Assembly: GCA_963676915.2 (NCBI GenBank) | Contig: CAXXVK010000006.1 | Location: forward strand, 32,001 to 96,000 | Direction of reading: 5' to 3' | Origin: Myxococcota bacterium | GTDB taxonomy: Bacteria > Myxococcota_A > SURF-8 > G963663525 | Length of the DNA: 64,000 nt | Part shown: positions 20,024-29,759 of the stretch, one piece after another | Layout of the letters: every line of letters starts with the position of its first letter | Numbering within the stretch: the stretch's first letter is position 1 | The notes under the pieces: model-generated | What the model saw: only the letters and a program-made list of their open reading frames with translations | What the model was told of the DNA's origin: nothing | Databases searched by the model: none | Translations under genes and position numbers: made by a program

Positions 20024-22348
20024 ATGAAGGGTTTCAAAAAAAACAAACAAGGGCGAAAAAGCACATGGGACTTTCTGAATACTCCCATCGATATGGAATC
20101 CATAGCGGATGTTCTAACCAAGGATGTAACCCAGGTTTTCAAAATCAGCAATCCTGGCTTGATGCCAAATTTAGACCAGAAGGCCGACAATATCCTGGAC
20201 GAGGCCGAAAATCTGGCTCGCCAGGAAGGAATACCTCTGGATGAAGCCCTGGAACGCCTAGGTATTACCCTGGATGATTCGGAAGACGAAGAGTCGAAGG
20301 AATCCAAAGGCTTGTTGAAAGATGCCATGTTGAAATCCATGGACTGGGAGGTCAGTGAGGAAGAGCAACTCACAGGAGAAACTTCGCTTTCCGACACGCA
20401 AATGGTGAAAGCATCGAAGGTGGTCAACGAGTTTTACGAATACTTGAGCGAATTGGAGGAAGATGTACTTGAAGAGCTGACGGGCAACGTTTCTCCTGAT
20501 GACGTTTTGTTGCTGAAACGTTTGAAAATGCTTGATATTATAGATGAAAGGCAATTCGAGGCAGCGGTGTCCAAAGCGGAAAAGGATTCCGTTCCATTTT
20601 GGGAAGCGTTGACCTTTCAGTGTCGGGACGATATCCCCGGTTTCGTCGATATCCTGTTGACGATGCCGTTTGCACCGATTTTCGTGCATGAAAAAGGCGT
20701 CTTTGTGGAATGGTTGCTGGATAACAACCATCTGAACTTCAAGATGTTTAAAAAAGCACGCCAGGAATCACTGGAAACGGGAATCAGCACCTGTCAACTG
20801 CTTGATTCGGACGAATATCTGGGAGAAGAAAAGTATCTGGAAGCTCTTTCCGAGTTCGTTGATCTTCCTCCGTGGAAAAATGCTTTACCGAAGCCTACTC
20901 CTTCTTTGGCTAATACCATCGATTCCGATTGGATCGAGCTTTTCAACGTTATTCCACTTAAAGCGACGAAAACCAAGATAGATCTCGGGTTGACCTGTCC
21001 CATTTCACAACGATTGGTTGAGAAACTCGGGAAAAACCTATCGAAAGAAGTAAACTTGTTTCTGATTTCCCACAAAACCGTCGAGGCATTGAAAGAACCG
21101 CTTTTAAAGAAAGTGGAAAGGGAAATGCCGAAGCCGGAGAAAAGAGTCGTCGAAGCGTCGGCCAGAATTCAGAAGATTGTTACATCCGCTTCTGCTGTCA
21201 ACATGGTGCGGCAGATACTCGAAGGAGCTTTGGACGCCCGTGCCACGGATATTCATCTGGAACCTCAAAAAGAAAACACACGGGTTCGTTTCCGTATCGA
21301 CGGAATGCTGTACGAAGTGCTTCAACTGCAAAAGAGCCTGTACAATGAGATTTCCTCTCGTATCAAAATCGTTGCGGATCTGGATGTCACCGAACGGCGA
21401 CGCCCCCAGGACGGTCATTTGAACGTCAATATCGGTGGCAACCAGTTCGATATGCGCATTGCGACGGTTCCCAACAAATACGGAGAGAAAATCAGTATTC
21501 GTCTCGTGTATGCCGGACGAATCAACAAGAATCTCAGTGAGTTGGGGCTTGAAAAAGAAGATTACCAGAAAGTGCTGGGATTCTGCTCTCGACCTCACGG
21601 CATGATTTTGGCTACAGGACCGGTCGGCTCGGGCAAAACAACGACATTGTATTCTTGTTTGAACGAAATCGATCGAAATCAGTACAATGTGATGAGTATT
21701 GAAGATCCGGTCGAATTCGAGCTTCCCGGAGCCAACCAGGTAGAGGTCAATTACAACTTGAATTTCGGATTCATCCAAGGGTTGCGTGCCCTGTTGCGTC
21801 AGGATCCAGATACCATCTTGATTGGTGAAATCCGTGACGACGAAACGGCCGGGATCGCTGTTCGGGCCAGTATGACCGGTCTGTTGGTTTTCAGTACACT
21901 CCACACCAACGATGCTCCGGGGGCTATTACAGCGCTGTACAATTTCCGATTGCCAACCCATTTAATAGCCAATTCCCTTGTTGGTGTGATTGGTCAACGA
22001 TTGTTGAGAAAAATTTGCACAGAATGCCGAACCGCCTACAAACCCAAAGCCGCCGAGAAAAAGTCGGTAGGATTCAAACCGGCTCAGGCGCAGAAAATCA
22101 AGGAATTTTATCATGGTGCCGGGTGTAGCCATTGTTTCAATTCCGGCTATTTCGACCGCACCGGCGTGTTTGAAGTTATGGAAGTCACACCGAAACTCAA
22201 GGAGATGATTCTCGCGCAGAAATCGGAAGCCGAACTGCGCGCACAGGCCATTTCCGATGGGATGCGTACGTTGTCCGAGAGTGGCCGTAGCAAAATACTC
22301 GAAGGGGAAACGACGACGGAAGAATATCTGCGATTGCTTGGGTTCTGA
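20024..22348 (+). CDS. GspE/PilB-family assembly ATPase
   Basis: ATDIHLEP, RFRIDG, ERRRPQDG, GPVGSGKTTT, EDPVE, LRQDPDTILIGEIRD, STLHTN, two CxxC pairs. Confidence 0.93.
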   Translation: MKGFKKNKQGRKSTWDFLNTPIDMESIADVLTKDVTQVFKISNPGLMPNLDQKADNILDEAENLARQEGIPLDEALERLGITLDDSEDEESKESKGLLKDAMLKSMDWEVSEEEQLTGETSLSDTQMVKASKVVNEFYEYLSELEEDVLEELTGNVSPDDVLLLKRLKMLDIIDERQFEAAVSKAEKDSVPFWEALTFQCRDDIPGFVDILLTMPFAPIFVHEKGVFVEWLLDNNHLNFKMFKKARQESLETGISTCQLLDSDEYLGEEKYLEALSEFVDLPPWKNALPKPTPSLANTIDSDWIELFNVIPLKATKTKIDLGLTCPISQRLVEKLGKNLSKEVNLFLISHKTVEALKEPLLKKVEREMPKPEKRVVEASARIQKIVTSASAVNMVRQILEGALDARATDIHLEPQKENTRVRFRIDGMLYEVLQLQKSLYNEISSRIKIVADLDVTERRRPQDGHLNVNIGGNQFDMRIATVPNKYGEKISIRLVYAGRINKNLSELGLEKEDYQKVLGFCSRPHGMILATGPVGSGKTTTLYSCLNEIDRNQYNVMSIEDPVEFELPGANQVEVNYNLNFGFIQGLRALLRQDPDTILIGEIRDDETAGIAVRASMTGLLVFSTLHTNDAPGAITALYNFRLPTHLIANSLVGVIGQRLLRKICTECRTAYKPKAAEKKSVGFKPAQAQKIKEFYHGAGCSHCFNSGYFDRTGVFEVMEVTPKLKEMILAQKSEAELRAQAISDGMRTLSESGRSKILEGETTTEEYLRLLGF

Positions 22349-22417
22349 GGATGCTCCGAACTCAAGAATGGGAGACTTTGAAGTATCTATAAAGTCACGA
22401 AGAAATGGGAGGGACAG

Positions 22418-23641
22418 ATGCCGGAAGGAAAAAAGACCGCGGGTAGCATGAGCGACGAACAAGTGCTTCGGGAGAAGGTCAAGCAGAAATTGATGGAACA
22501 GGCGTCGCAAGGAACCGGAGCCACGGAATCCGTGGAGGATTCCGAGCAGGAAACATTGGACGAGGAGATGCTACCGGTTGCGTCGAGTGGCTTTTTCGCA
22601 AGGAAAGCCAAATCACAGGATATCTCGATGTTTTTCCGGGAATTATCGATTTTGCTGGAAACAGGGTATCCGTTGCTCAGAGCGTTGAAACTGCTGGCTG
22701 GCAAGACGGTCAATCGTAGTCTTTCCAATGAATTGCAGCGAGTCGCGGCTCAGGTCGAGTCCGGGGGGACGTTGGCCAAAGCGCTTCGGTTGTCTCCGAA
22801 CTATTTTACGCCCGTAACTGTTTCGATGATCGAAGCCGCCGAAGCAAGTGGAAAACTGAAAGAAACGCTCAATATCATCGCAATGGACCTGGACAACGAT
22901 GAAGAATTGACCACGAAGGTCCGGCACGCCATGTCGTATCCGGTTCTGACGTTGATCTTCGCTTTCATTGCTTCGATGGTGATCCTACTGTTCGTCATTC
23001 CGTCGTTTGCAGAAGGGTATTCGACAAACGATATGGAACTCCCGATGACGACGGCATTGCTGGTCGGGTTCAGTTCGATTCTCAGTACGTACTGGTGGAT
23101 CTGGGTACCTGCGCTGGTGGTGATTGTTTTCGTTTTGATTCGACTGGGTAAAGCGAATGTGCAGTTTTTCGACCGGTTGTTGTTGCGAGTGCCACTTATA
23201 GGTGAAATCATCATACTGGGTACGATGATGCGTTTTTCCAACACGCTTCGCGTTCTTCTGGATAGTGATGTGCCGATTCTCGACAGCCTTAAGCTGGCGC
23301 GAGGCGCCGTTACCAATAGCGTTATCAAGCAGGTGATCAATGAAGCGCGAGCCAACGTGCAGGTTGGTAAATCGCTGTCACAACCGTTTAGCCGCTTTAA
23401 ATATTTCCCGCCAATGTTGATCGACATGATGACTGTTGGCGAGGAGTCCGGCAAATTGCCGTTCGTGCTGGAGCATATTTTCTTCGCTTTGCGCATACGG
23501 TTGAATCGGCTCATCAACAGCATGACCATTACCTTGGGACCGATTATGACCATGTTTGTCGGTATTCTCGTTCTCATCGTCGTATTGATGCTGTTCATCC
23601 CGTATTTCGACATGCTGACCGCTTTGAGCAACATTCGCTGA
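22418..23641 (+). CDS. GspF/PilC-family inner membrane platform protein
   Basis: FFRELSILLETG, AEASGKL, MSYP, VGEESGKL; three hydrophobic segments. Confidence 0.92.
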   Translation: MPEGKKTAGSMSDEQVLREKVKQKLMEQASQGTGATESVEDSEQETLDEEMLPVASSGFFARKAKSQDISMFFRELSILLETGYPLLRALKLLAGKTVNRSLSNELQRVAAQVESGGTLAKALRLSPNYFTPVTVSMIEAAEASGKLKETLNIIAMDLDNDEELTTKVRHAMSYPVLTLIFAFIASMVILLFVIPSFAEGYSTNDMELPMTTALLVGFSSILSTYWWIWVPALVVIVFVLIRLGKANVQFFDRLLLRVPLIGEIIILGTMMRFSNTLRVLLDSDVPILDSLKLARGAVTNSVIKQVINEARANVQVGKSLSQPFSRFKYFPPMLIDMMTVGEESGKLPFVLEHIFFALRIRLNRLINSMTITLGPIMTMFVGILVLIVVLMLFIPYFDMLTALSNIR

Positions 23642-23723
23642 TCGTCCACGTTCGTACAACGAATCCTATGTTTCGTGAGTCAAGACTTGTAGGTTAACGA
23701 AACCTTTTCGAAAGGGGAGTTGC

Positions 23724-24407
23724 ATGGGAATTTCACGAAAGTCAAAGATCGGTCGGGCGTTTCTCGTGCTGGCAGCATTGGTGGTTTTCGGGTGGGCTGT
23801 TTCGGCAATGGCTGGTGATCGAGATCAGTTCAAACTCAATCTCAAACTCAAATTCGAACGTCCCCAATTCAAAGCGAAAGTCAAAAAAGTCGTCGAAGGA
23901 GACTTGCTGGTTCTCGAAGAAAAAGGAAGGGAATTTGAAGTCCGTTTGTATGGTGTCGATGCTCCAGAGAAGCTTGGAAATCAGCCATACTGGGAAGAAT
24001 CCCGAAAAGCCGCCGAGGAATTATGTCTAGGAAAGACGGTGGAAGTCGGTATCGTTAAAAAGAACCTTCTCAAACAATGGATATCTGTGATTATTCTGCC
24101 AGACGGAAAAAACTTAAGCTGGGTAATGGCAGAGAATGGACATGTTTGGGACTTCAACGAGCATTTTCGACACGAAGTGACCATTCGCCGATTGGTGGGT
24201 GTTGCCATGAAAAAGAAAGTGGGTTTGTGGGCAGCCAAAGAAAAGCCTATTCCTCCCTCGATCTGGTTCAAGAAACATGTGAAAATGGAACAGAAGAAAG
24301 CAAAGTTCAAACCGAAAAACGTTTCTCCCGTATCACCGAAGGTTTCGCCCAAAGTCGATAAAGCTTCATCCAAAGCTTTGAACGTTACGCCAAATCCGCA
24401 AAAATAG
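23724..24407 (+). CDS. Thermonuclease (SNase-like) family exported protein
   Basis: Signal peptide, VVEGDLL, VRLYGVDAPE, QPYWEES, KKVGLW...PIPP. Confidence 0.82.
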   Translation: MGISRKSKIGRAFLVLAALVVFGWAVSAMAGDRDQFKLNLKLKFERPQFKAKVKKVVEGDLLVLEEKGREFEVRLYGVDAPEKLGNQPYWEESRKAAEELCLGKTVEVGIVKKNLLKQWISVIILPDGKNLSWVMAENGHVWDFNEHFRHEVTIRRLVGVAMKKKVGLWAAKEKPIPPSIWFKKHVKMEQKKAKFKPKNVSPVSPKVSPKVDKASSKALNVTPNPQK

Positions 24408-24417
24408 CGTATGTTTC

Positions 24418-24439
24418 AGCCGCCTTCGGGCGGCTTTTT
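24418..24439 (+). terminator. Intrinsic terminator with cUUCGg loop
   Basis: AGCCGCC-TTCG-GGCGGCT-TTTT. Confidence 0.85.
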
Positions 24440-24454
24440 CGTGTAAGGAATGCG

Positions 24455-26110
24455 TCAGGAACGTTGTCTCTTTTTCCTGCGGAATACTACAACGAACGTC
24501 GAAATCAATACCATAAGACCCGCCAGGATGACTCCCAGAACCAGCAGCCGATGCATGGCGTCGATGTCCTGTTCCTCTGCTGAACGAGCCGTCGTTTCGA
24601 GTGCGTCGGGCAGGCCGGAACGCAGCACCGTCCAGCCGTCCAGGATGTGATTGCCGATGATGGCTACCGGGAGGTGCGTTTTATCCTTTTCGAAAGCGGC
24701 CAAAGCGGCGCGGTCGGAGGAGGTCAAAACGGAGCGAAACGTTACGACCAGCTTTTTGTTCGTCTTTTGAGCCGTTTCCGCCAAAAACGTGAAAAGCTTT
24801 TCTTTTTGTTCCTTTTTTCCGTCGAAAAAGACGGTGAACGAAATGGTGACAGGTGGAGTATTCGAGGACAACGGCGCGAAGTCGTGGACGGTCGAAGCGT
24901 CGGAGAGTGTTCTCGTGCTGCCTTCCTTTTTGTCCAGATCGACGAGATAGAACTCGTCGCCCTGACTATCGATGGCTTTGACACGCGCTCCGAAATAGCC
25001 CACTTCCAGTTGTAGATAGTGATGAATGGCGCTGAAAAATCGGAAAATATTTTCGGGAGGCAGACGTTTTTCCAGCACGGCTCCACCGCCTCCGTTGGTA
25101 AAGTAGTGAACGCCGTTCGTTTCGATATGAGAGAAAAAATGTGCCCCGGAAAACACCGCCGTGACACCGGAGTGTTCGAACAAAGGCATGAGAAGTTCTT
25201 TGGCTACCGCCGGGGTTTGTCCATCGATATCGTATATCGGCTGGTGTAACACCACGAACAGGTATTTCGAGCCGCTTTTTCGTGCGTTTGCCAAATCGGC
25301 TCGTAGCCATTGCAGTTGCGGGCTATCGGGACCGACTTCCTCTTCAGGCTGGGAGTAATCCTGCCAGATTTTCAATACGCTGAAATGTACCAGCCCTCTA
25401 TCGAACGAATACCACGGACTTTTTTTCAGAGCGGGAAAGAGTTTTCTCATCCATTGGGCAGGTTGATCGCTGCGGCCAATGGCGGGAAAAAGGATGGTCG
25501 TGCGTAAAAGATCCGCCTCGATGTGGAAAAAATTCTCCCACAGTTCGAAACGCTCTCCTTCTTCCACGAAATCGCCGGTGTGAATTACGGCGTCCGGAAG
25601 GGTGAAAGCACGAATCGTGCGGACGATTTCCCTATGGGATACGTCGAAGCTGTCGTCACCGCTACGGGTATCACCGAAAATGACGAAGGTGTGGTTGGTA
25701 TCGGTCGAAGAAACGAAGGCGGGTTTGGGATTGTCGAATATGGGTTTGTCATTGATGAAAAGCTGGTAGGGGTATTCGATGTCCGGTGTCAGTTCTTTCA
25801 CGCGAGCACAGGCCGGTTCGTGACCCTCGAACGAAAGGTTCTGTTCCTTCTCGTCGTCTCCGATGAGAACCACACGTGCCTTGTCGGTCTTGTCGAAATG
25901 GGCGCAAATCTCTACGGTGCCGTTTTCAACCGATTGCAGATAGGGACCGAAATGTAATTTCGCCTGAGACGCTGAAGGCCAGATCCACAGCCCGATGAAC
26001 AAAGCGAACCAAATCGCGACAAAACGGCTCGGAACGGAACGTTTTCGATGGGCTCGAAAGGGTTCCCTATACTGGAAAAGGGCTGAATTGGTGCAATGTT
26101 GATCTTTCAA
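24455..26110 (-). CDS. Purple-acid-phosphatase-like metallophosphoesterase-fold protein with altered metal motifs and C-terminal TM anchor
   Basis: GPYLQ N-domain, FGDTR, HTGDFV, PAIGRSD, LHQP, FSGAH, TNGGGG; C-terminal TM then RRKKR. Confidence 0.78.
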   Translation of the reverse strand: MKDQHCTNSALFQYREPFRAHRKRSVPSRFVAIWFALFIGLWIWPSASQAKLHFGPYLQSVENGTVEICAHFDKTDKARVVLIGDDEKEQNLSFEGHEPACARVKELTPDIEYPYQLFINDKPIFDNPKPAFVSSTDTNHTFVIFGDTRSGDDSFDVSHREIVRTIRAFTLPDAVIHTGDFVEEGERFELWENFFHIEADLLRTTILFPAIGRSDQPAQWMRKLFPALKKSPWYSFDRGLVHFSVLKIWQDYSQPEEEVGPDSPQLQWLRADLANARKSGSKYLFVVLHQPIYDIDGQTPAVAKELLMPLFEHSGVTAVFSGAHFFSHIETNGVHYFTNGGGGAVLEKRLPPENIFRFFSAIHHYLQLEVGYFGARVKAIDSQGDEFYLVDLDKKEGSTRTLSDASTVHDFAPLSSNTPPVTISFTVFFDGKKEQKEKLFTFLAETAQKTNKKLVVTFRSVLTSSDRAALAAFEKDKTHLPVAIIGNHILDGWTVLRSGLPDALETTARSAEEQDIDAMHRLLVLGVILAGLMVLISTFVVVFRRKKRQRS

Positions 26111-26655
26111 TGGTTTTCAAGCGCTTTCAGAACGGTTTTTTCCAGGTATTGCACTTCCGGGTCTCCTATCGCTTTCAGTACCGACCGAATAACTCCCTGC
26201 CGATCGACAAGGAAGGTTGACGGCAACTGTTCCACACCGTAAGCGGTTTTGATGCGCTCGTTTTTATCCAGCAAAATCGGAAAGGGAAGGGACAATGCCT
26301 TGGCCAGCGTATGGTGTTCGTCCACGTTTTCAGGGTCGATGGCAACGAGCAACACTTGAAGATCTTTTGGGAATTTCCGTTGCAGCGTGGCTAAAAGAGG
26401 CAGTTCCGCTCGGCAGGGATCGCACCAGGTGGCGAAAAAAGAAATCAGTACCGGACGAGTTTTTATCTCGGCGTTGAGGTATAGGGTCTGGCCGGTGAGG
26501 GTTTCGGCCCGGAAATCTGGGGCCATTGTACCTGCTTCCAACTCCGTTTTCTTTTTCGTGCAGGAAACGGAGAGAATCAGCAATAAACCCAAAAAGACGC
26601 ACAGGCCGAGAAAAGGTGAATGGTAAGAGCGGCTTTTGCTTCTAGCTGTCGCCAT
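26107..26655 (-). CDS. TlpA/ResA-like thiol-disulfide oxidoreductase lipoprotein
   Basis: Lipobox SVSC, APDF, FFATWCDPCRAELP, YGVEQLPSTFLVD. Confidence 0.9.
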   Translation of the reverse strand: MATARSKSRSYHSPFLGLCVFLGLLLILSVSCTKKKTELEAGTMAPDFRAETLTGQTLYLNAEIKTRPVLISFFATWCDPCRAELPLLATLQRKFPKDLQVLLVAIDPENVDEHHTLAKALSLPFPILLDKNERIKTAYGVEQLPSTFLVDRQGVIRSVLKAIGDPEVQYLEKTVLKALENH

Positions 26656-26824
26656 CGGTTGAGGTTCCTCGTTGTTTTTTCCATAGGCGCAGGCCGGTAT
26701 CCACGATGTTGACGATCAATGCCACTGCTGCCGAGCCGATCAGCAAAAACGTCAGATCGGAACCCAGGGAACTTGAATTGGGATTGAATCCCGGTTTGAT
26801 ACGCAACAGTTTTCCAGGCTTCAC
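26642..26824 (-). CDS. Small single-TM hypothetical protein (60 aa)
   Basis: AAGGAG RBS before GTG at 26824; fills the gap between neighbours; one hydrophobic helix. Confidence 0.5.
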   Translation of the reverse strand: MKPGKLLRIKPGFNPNSSSLGSDLTFLLIGSAAVALIVNIVDTGLRLWKKQRGTSTDGDS

Positions 26825-26835
26825 GTCAGGACTCC

Positions 26836-28680
26836 TTACACTCCGAAAATATAGAGGTAATGGAAATGATACAGGGTCAGGTAAATGGCGGCAAGGGTCA
26901 TTGTCACGATGTGAGCCACGGCCCCGATGCTCCCGAGCTTGCCACTTCGGACGAGCGCACGATTCCACAAAAGCGCCAGCACGCTTGCCGCGAAAAGTAC
27001 CGACAACGTTTCTACCAGAATACGCGCTCGTTCGAAATCGATCAAAGCGTATCCACCACCCAAAAGCACGTACCCTGAAGCGAGAATTCCGGCGATCCAG
27101 AGATCTTTCAGGGCAGGGCGGCAGCGCCATAGAATCGTTAACAGTAACCAGAATCCAAAGAATCCCCAAAACAGATATCGGGCAGCTTCTCGCCAGACAT
27201 TGCGTTCGCTTTTACGTAATTTATCTTGGATGGCGATTCGGTATTTTTTTGTCGCGACTTTTTGTGCTTCTTTGTACGCCGCAATGGCTTTTCGGTAGGA
27301 TTTATCCCGATACGCCATGTCGCCCGTGGCAATAGCAGCCATTATCGCGTTTTCACCCTTGGGGAAGCGTTCGGTCAACTGCCGATAATACGTTTCGGCG
27401 GTTTCCGGGGCGGACTCTTCCAGCAAATGGCCGATCCAGAACAGGACTTCCTCGACGACGGCGCTGTCCGGGTAGGTTTGAAGCAGTCGGTTCACTCTTT
27501 CTATCGTCGGTTCCGGGTTTTCCCTGTCCCGCAATGCCTTGGCTTGTTCGAACAGTTGCAACGGCTTGAAATCGTTGTCGTTGTATCGCTTCAGATAGTC
27601 GATTCGATAGCGTGCCAAGGTGGCTCGGCGGCTCGACGGAGAATTTTTGAGGAACTGTTCGTATTCCTGCAAAGCTTTGGCAAACTGGAACAGTTTTTCA
27701 TCGTAAATTCGAGCAATGGTGAAGGCTGCATCTTCCACGGCATGGCGGTTTTTGTTGGTTTCGATGAAGTTTCGATACCAGTCGATGCTTTCCTCGTATC
27801 GTCCAGTTTCAAGCAGACGATCACAGTACAGGCAGGATTTCCGTGTCTCCGGCGGAGCCTCTACCAGCACCTTGCGCTGGTGGTTTTTCCCCTCTCCCTG
27901 CACCCACGAGATTTCATACGTATCGATTTCCAACCAGGCCGATTCCTTGGCATTCCAGGTGATTTCCGTGGTTCCATGTCGTGCCAGACGCGGACTGAGC
28001 CAAGTAACGTTGTTGTCGGATTCTCGATCTTTGGATACATCAGGCAGAACGACGAGCCGGTGGTGGAAGTCGTCGGGCGTTTTTTTCGCTTCGGCCAGAG
28101 CTGCGGTTGCATCGCGAGACAGAATCAAGCGCGCCGCTCCGAAATCGAGGATTCGCGCGTCGTCTTTCGGTAGTTCAGCGACAAGCAGGGAATCGGCCAA
28201 AGTGGCGAGTTTTCCCGTACAGGAGGTTTCGAGCAAGACGATGTCCGGCAAGCGTTCGGGAAGTTCGTTTGTTTGACAATACGGATCGTCTTTATGAAGC
28301 AGGAGCAGGTCGAAAGCACCTTCGGTTCCGGGGGCGCTACGAAACGATCTCGTAATTCCCGTTCCCTTGATCGTGTATCCGTAGCGGGTCGAGGGTTTGA
28401 GTCCGGTCAGTACGACCCGATGCTGTCGGGTAGCGAATTCTTCCTGAATTTTTTTGTCCAGCAGTCGGCCTTCACCGTAACTGAGCGTGTATTGTTCCTC
28501 TTCCGGGCTTTGCCATTCGAGGACCATCGAGAACGGTCCGATTTTCGATAAACGAAGGTTATGGACCTCCGAAGTCGACTCACAGCCCACCAAAAGAAGA
28601 ATCAGAAAGATCGAAAACACAAAAAATAGTGTCCAAGAACTACGTTGAAAATCTTTGAATGGAAGGCGGGGTGTTCTCAT
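26836..28680 (-). CDS. Lipoprotein with FN3-like domain, CxxC, BamD/CpoB-like TPR repeats and C-terminal TM bundle
   Basis: Lipobox LVGC, HRVVLTGLKPSTRYGY, SCLYC, repeats such as LQTYPDS and TERFPKG, about four hydrophobic helices at the end. Confidence 0.7.
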   Translation of the reverse strand: MRTPRLPFKDFQRSSWTLFFVFSIFLILLLVGCESTSEVHNLRLSKIGPFSMVLEWQSPEEEQYTLSYGEGRLLDKKIQEEFATRQHRVVLTGLKPSTRYGYTIKGTGITRSFRSAPGTEGAFDLLLLHKDDPYCQTNELPERLPDIVLLETSCTGKLATLADSLLVAELPKDDARILDFGAARLILSRDATAALAEAKKTPDDFHHRLVVLPDVSKDRESDNNVTWLSPRLARHGTTEITWNAKESAWLEIDTYEISWVQGEGKNHQRKVLVEAPPETRKSCLYCDRLLETGRYEESIDWYRNFIETNKNRHAVEDAAFTIARIYDEKLFQFAKALQEYEQFLKNSPSSRRATLARYRIDYLKRYNDNDFKPLQLFEQAKALRDRENPEPTIERVNRLLQTYPDSAVVEEVLFWIGHLLEESAPETAETYYRQLTERFPKGENAIMAAIATGDMAYRDKSYRKAIAAYKEAQKVATKKYRIAIQDKLRKSERNVWREAARYLFWGFFGFWLLLTILWRCRPALKDLWIAGILASGYVLLGGGYALIDFERARILVETLSVLFAASVLALLWNRALVRSGKLGSIGAVAHIVTMTLAAIYLTLYHFHYLYIFGV

Positions 28681-28689
28681 GATCGTAGA

Positions 28690-29640
28690 TTACAATCCCA
28701 AGGTTTTTGGGGTTACGTCTTGAATTTCGGCTTTAAAATCCTGCTTCATGATGGTTTTCACAAGTTCCAGGTCTACGTTGTCTGTGGTTTGGGATAACTG
28801 GGCCATCACAATCGAAGCGCCGTCGCTGTTTCGGCTTTTGTGTTCGTCCATGAGAGATTCAAAATACACAAGCGCTTCGGTAAGTTTTTCGCGAGCTTTG
28901 GAATCGTTTTTGCCTCGTGACGTTTCCAGTCCTGTCAGTTCGTAAAAGACTGAGAGGACAAGGGTTTTTACTGCCAATGCTTTGAAATCTCCAGCGGCTT
29001 TCTGAATGTCGCCCGAGAGCTTTTTCTCCACAGCATTCAAATAGTTTTTCATGGTCAGGTCGTAACGGTCTGCATACTCACTGCCTTTTCCTGCCCATTC
29101 GCTCCGTCTGGCTGTGGTGTTTCGGACCACGGGAGCCGCATCGAGCATCAAGGTTTGTGCTTTGATATTCATCGGTTCGGAGGCCAACTGTTCGAGGCTT
29201 TTGAAAAACGTCAGCAAAAAGGCGCGTTGCACGGTTTTTTCGGCCATTTGCGCGTCGGGATACAGGTCGGCTCCACCTTGAACTTTTTTAAGCGCCATAC
29301 GAATGCGACGATCCAATTGGGTGGCGTATCGTTCATCGGTAGCTTTGACATACGATACCAGAGAAGGAACCTGAACGTAGGAAGATACGAACGTTTCAAC
29401 GTTCAACGGTCGGTTTTTCCGGGTTTTTACCATTTCGTTGTAATGGGCAACGGGAGATGCATCCGCCTTTGCCAGAGGTGCTTTGGACGTCGTTTTTTCA
29501 ACCGTCTTGGCTGGAGCCGTCTTTTTTTGAGTCGTTTGGGGTGGAGTTGGAGCTTTTTGTTCCGTTTCGGCGGGACGTTCGCAACCCATTGCTAAAACGA
29601 TTCCCATGACGAGTAAGGTTAAACTAAAAGTACGGATCAT
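28690..29640 (-). CDS. Hypothetical helical lipoprotein
   Basis: Lipobox AMGC, Pro/Thr/Lys linker, helical composition; ATG at 29640. Confidence 0.65.
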   Translation of the reverse strand: MIRTFSLTLLVMGIVLAMGCERPAETEQKAPTPPQTTQKKTAPAKTVEKTTSKAPLAKADASPVAHYNEMVKTRKNRPLNVETFVSSYVQVPSLVSYVKATDERYATQLDRRIRMALKKVQGGADLYPDAQMAEKTVQRAFLLTFFKSLEQLASEPMNIKAQTLMLDAAPVVRNTTARRSEWAGKGSEYADRYDLTMKNYLNAVEKKLSGDIQKAAGDFKALAVKTLVLSVFYELTGLETSRGKNDSKAREKLTEALVYFESLMDEHKSRNSDGASIVMAQLSQTTDNVDLELVKTIMKQDFKAEIQDVTPKTLGL

Positions 29641-29759
29641 GATTTTTTCCTTTTCTCGAAGGGACGGAAATTGGTTCGATGAAGCTTCATCGAACGGACA
29701 GAGCCAATTCTGGCGAAATCGTTTCAAGCAAAGCCAAAAAACTTTGCTGTTTCTGTATG

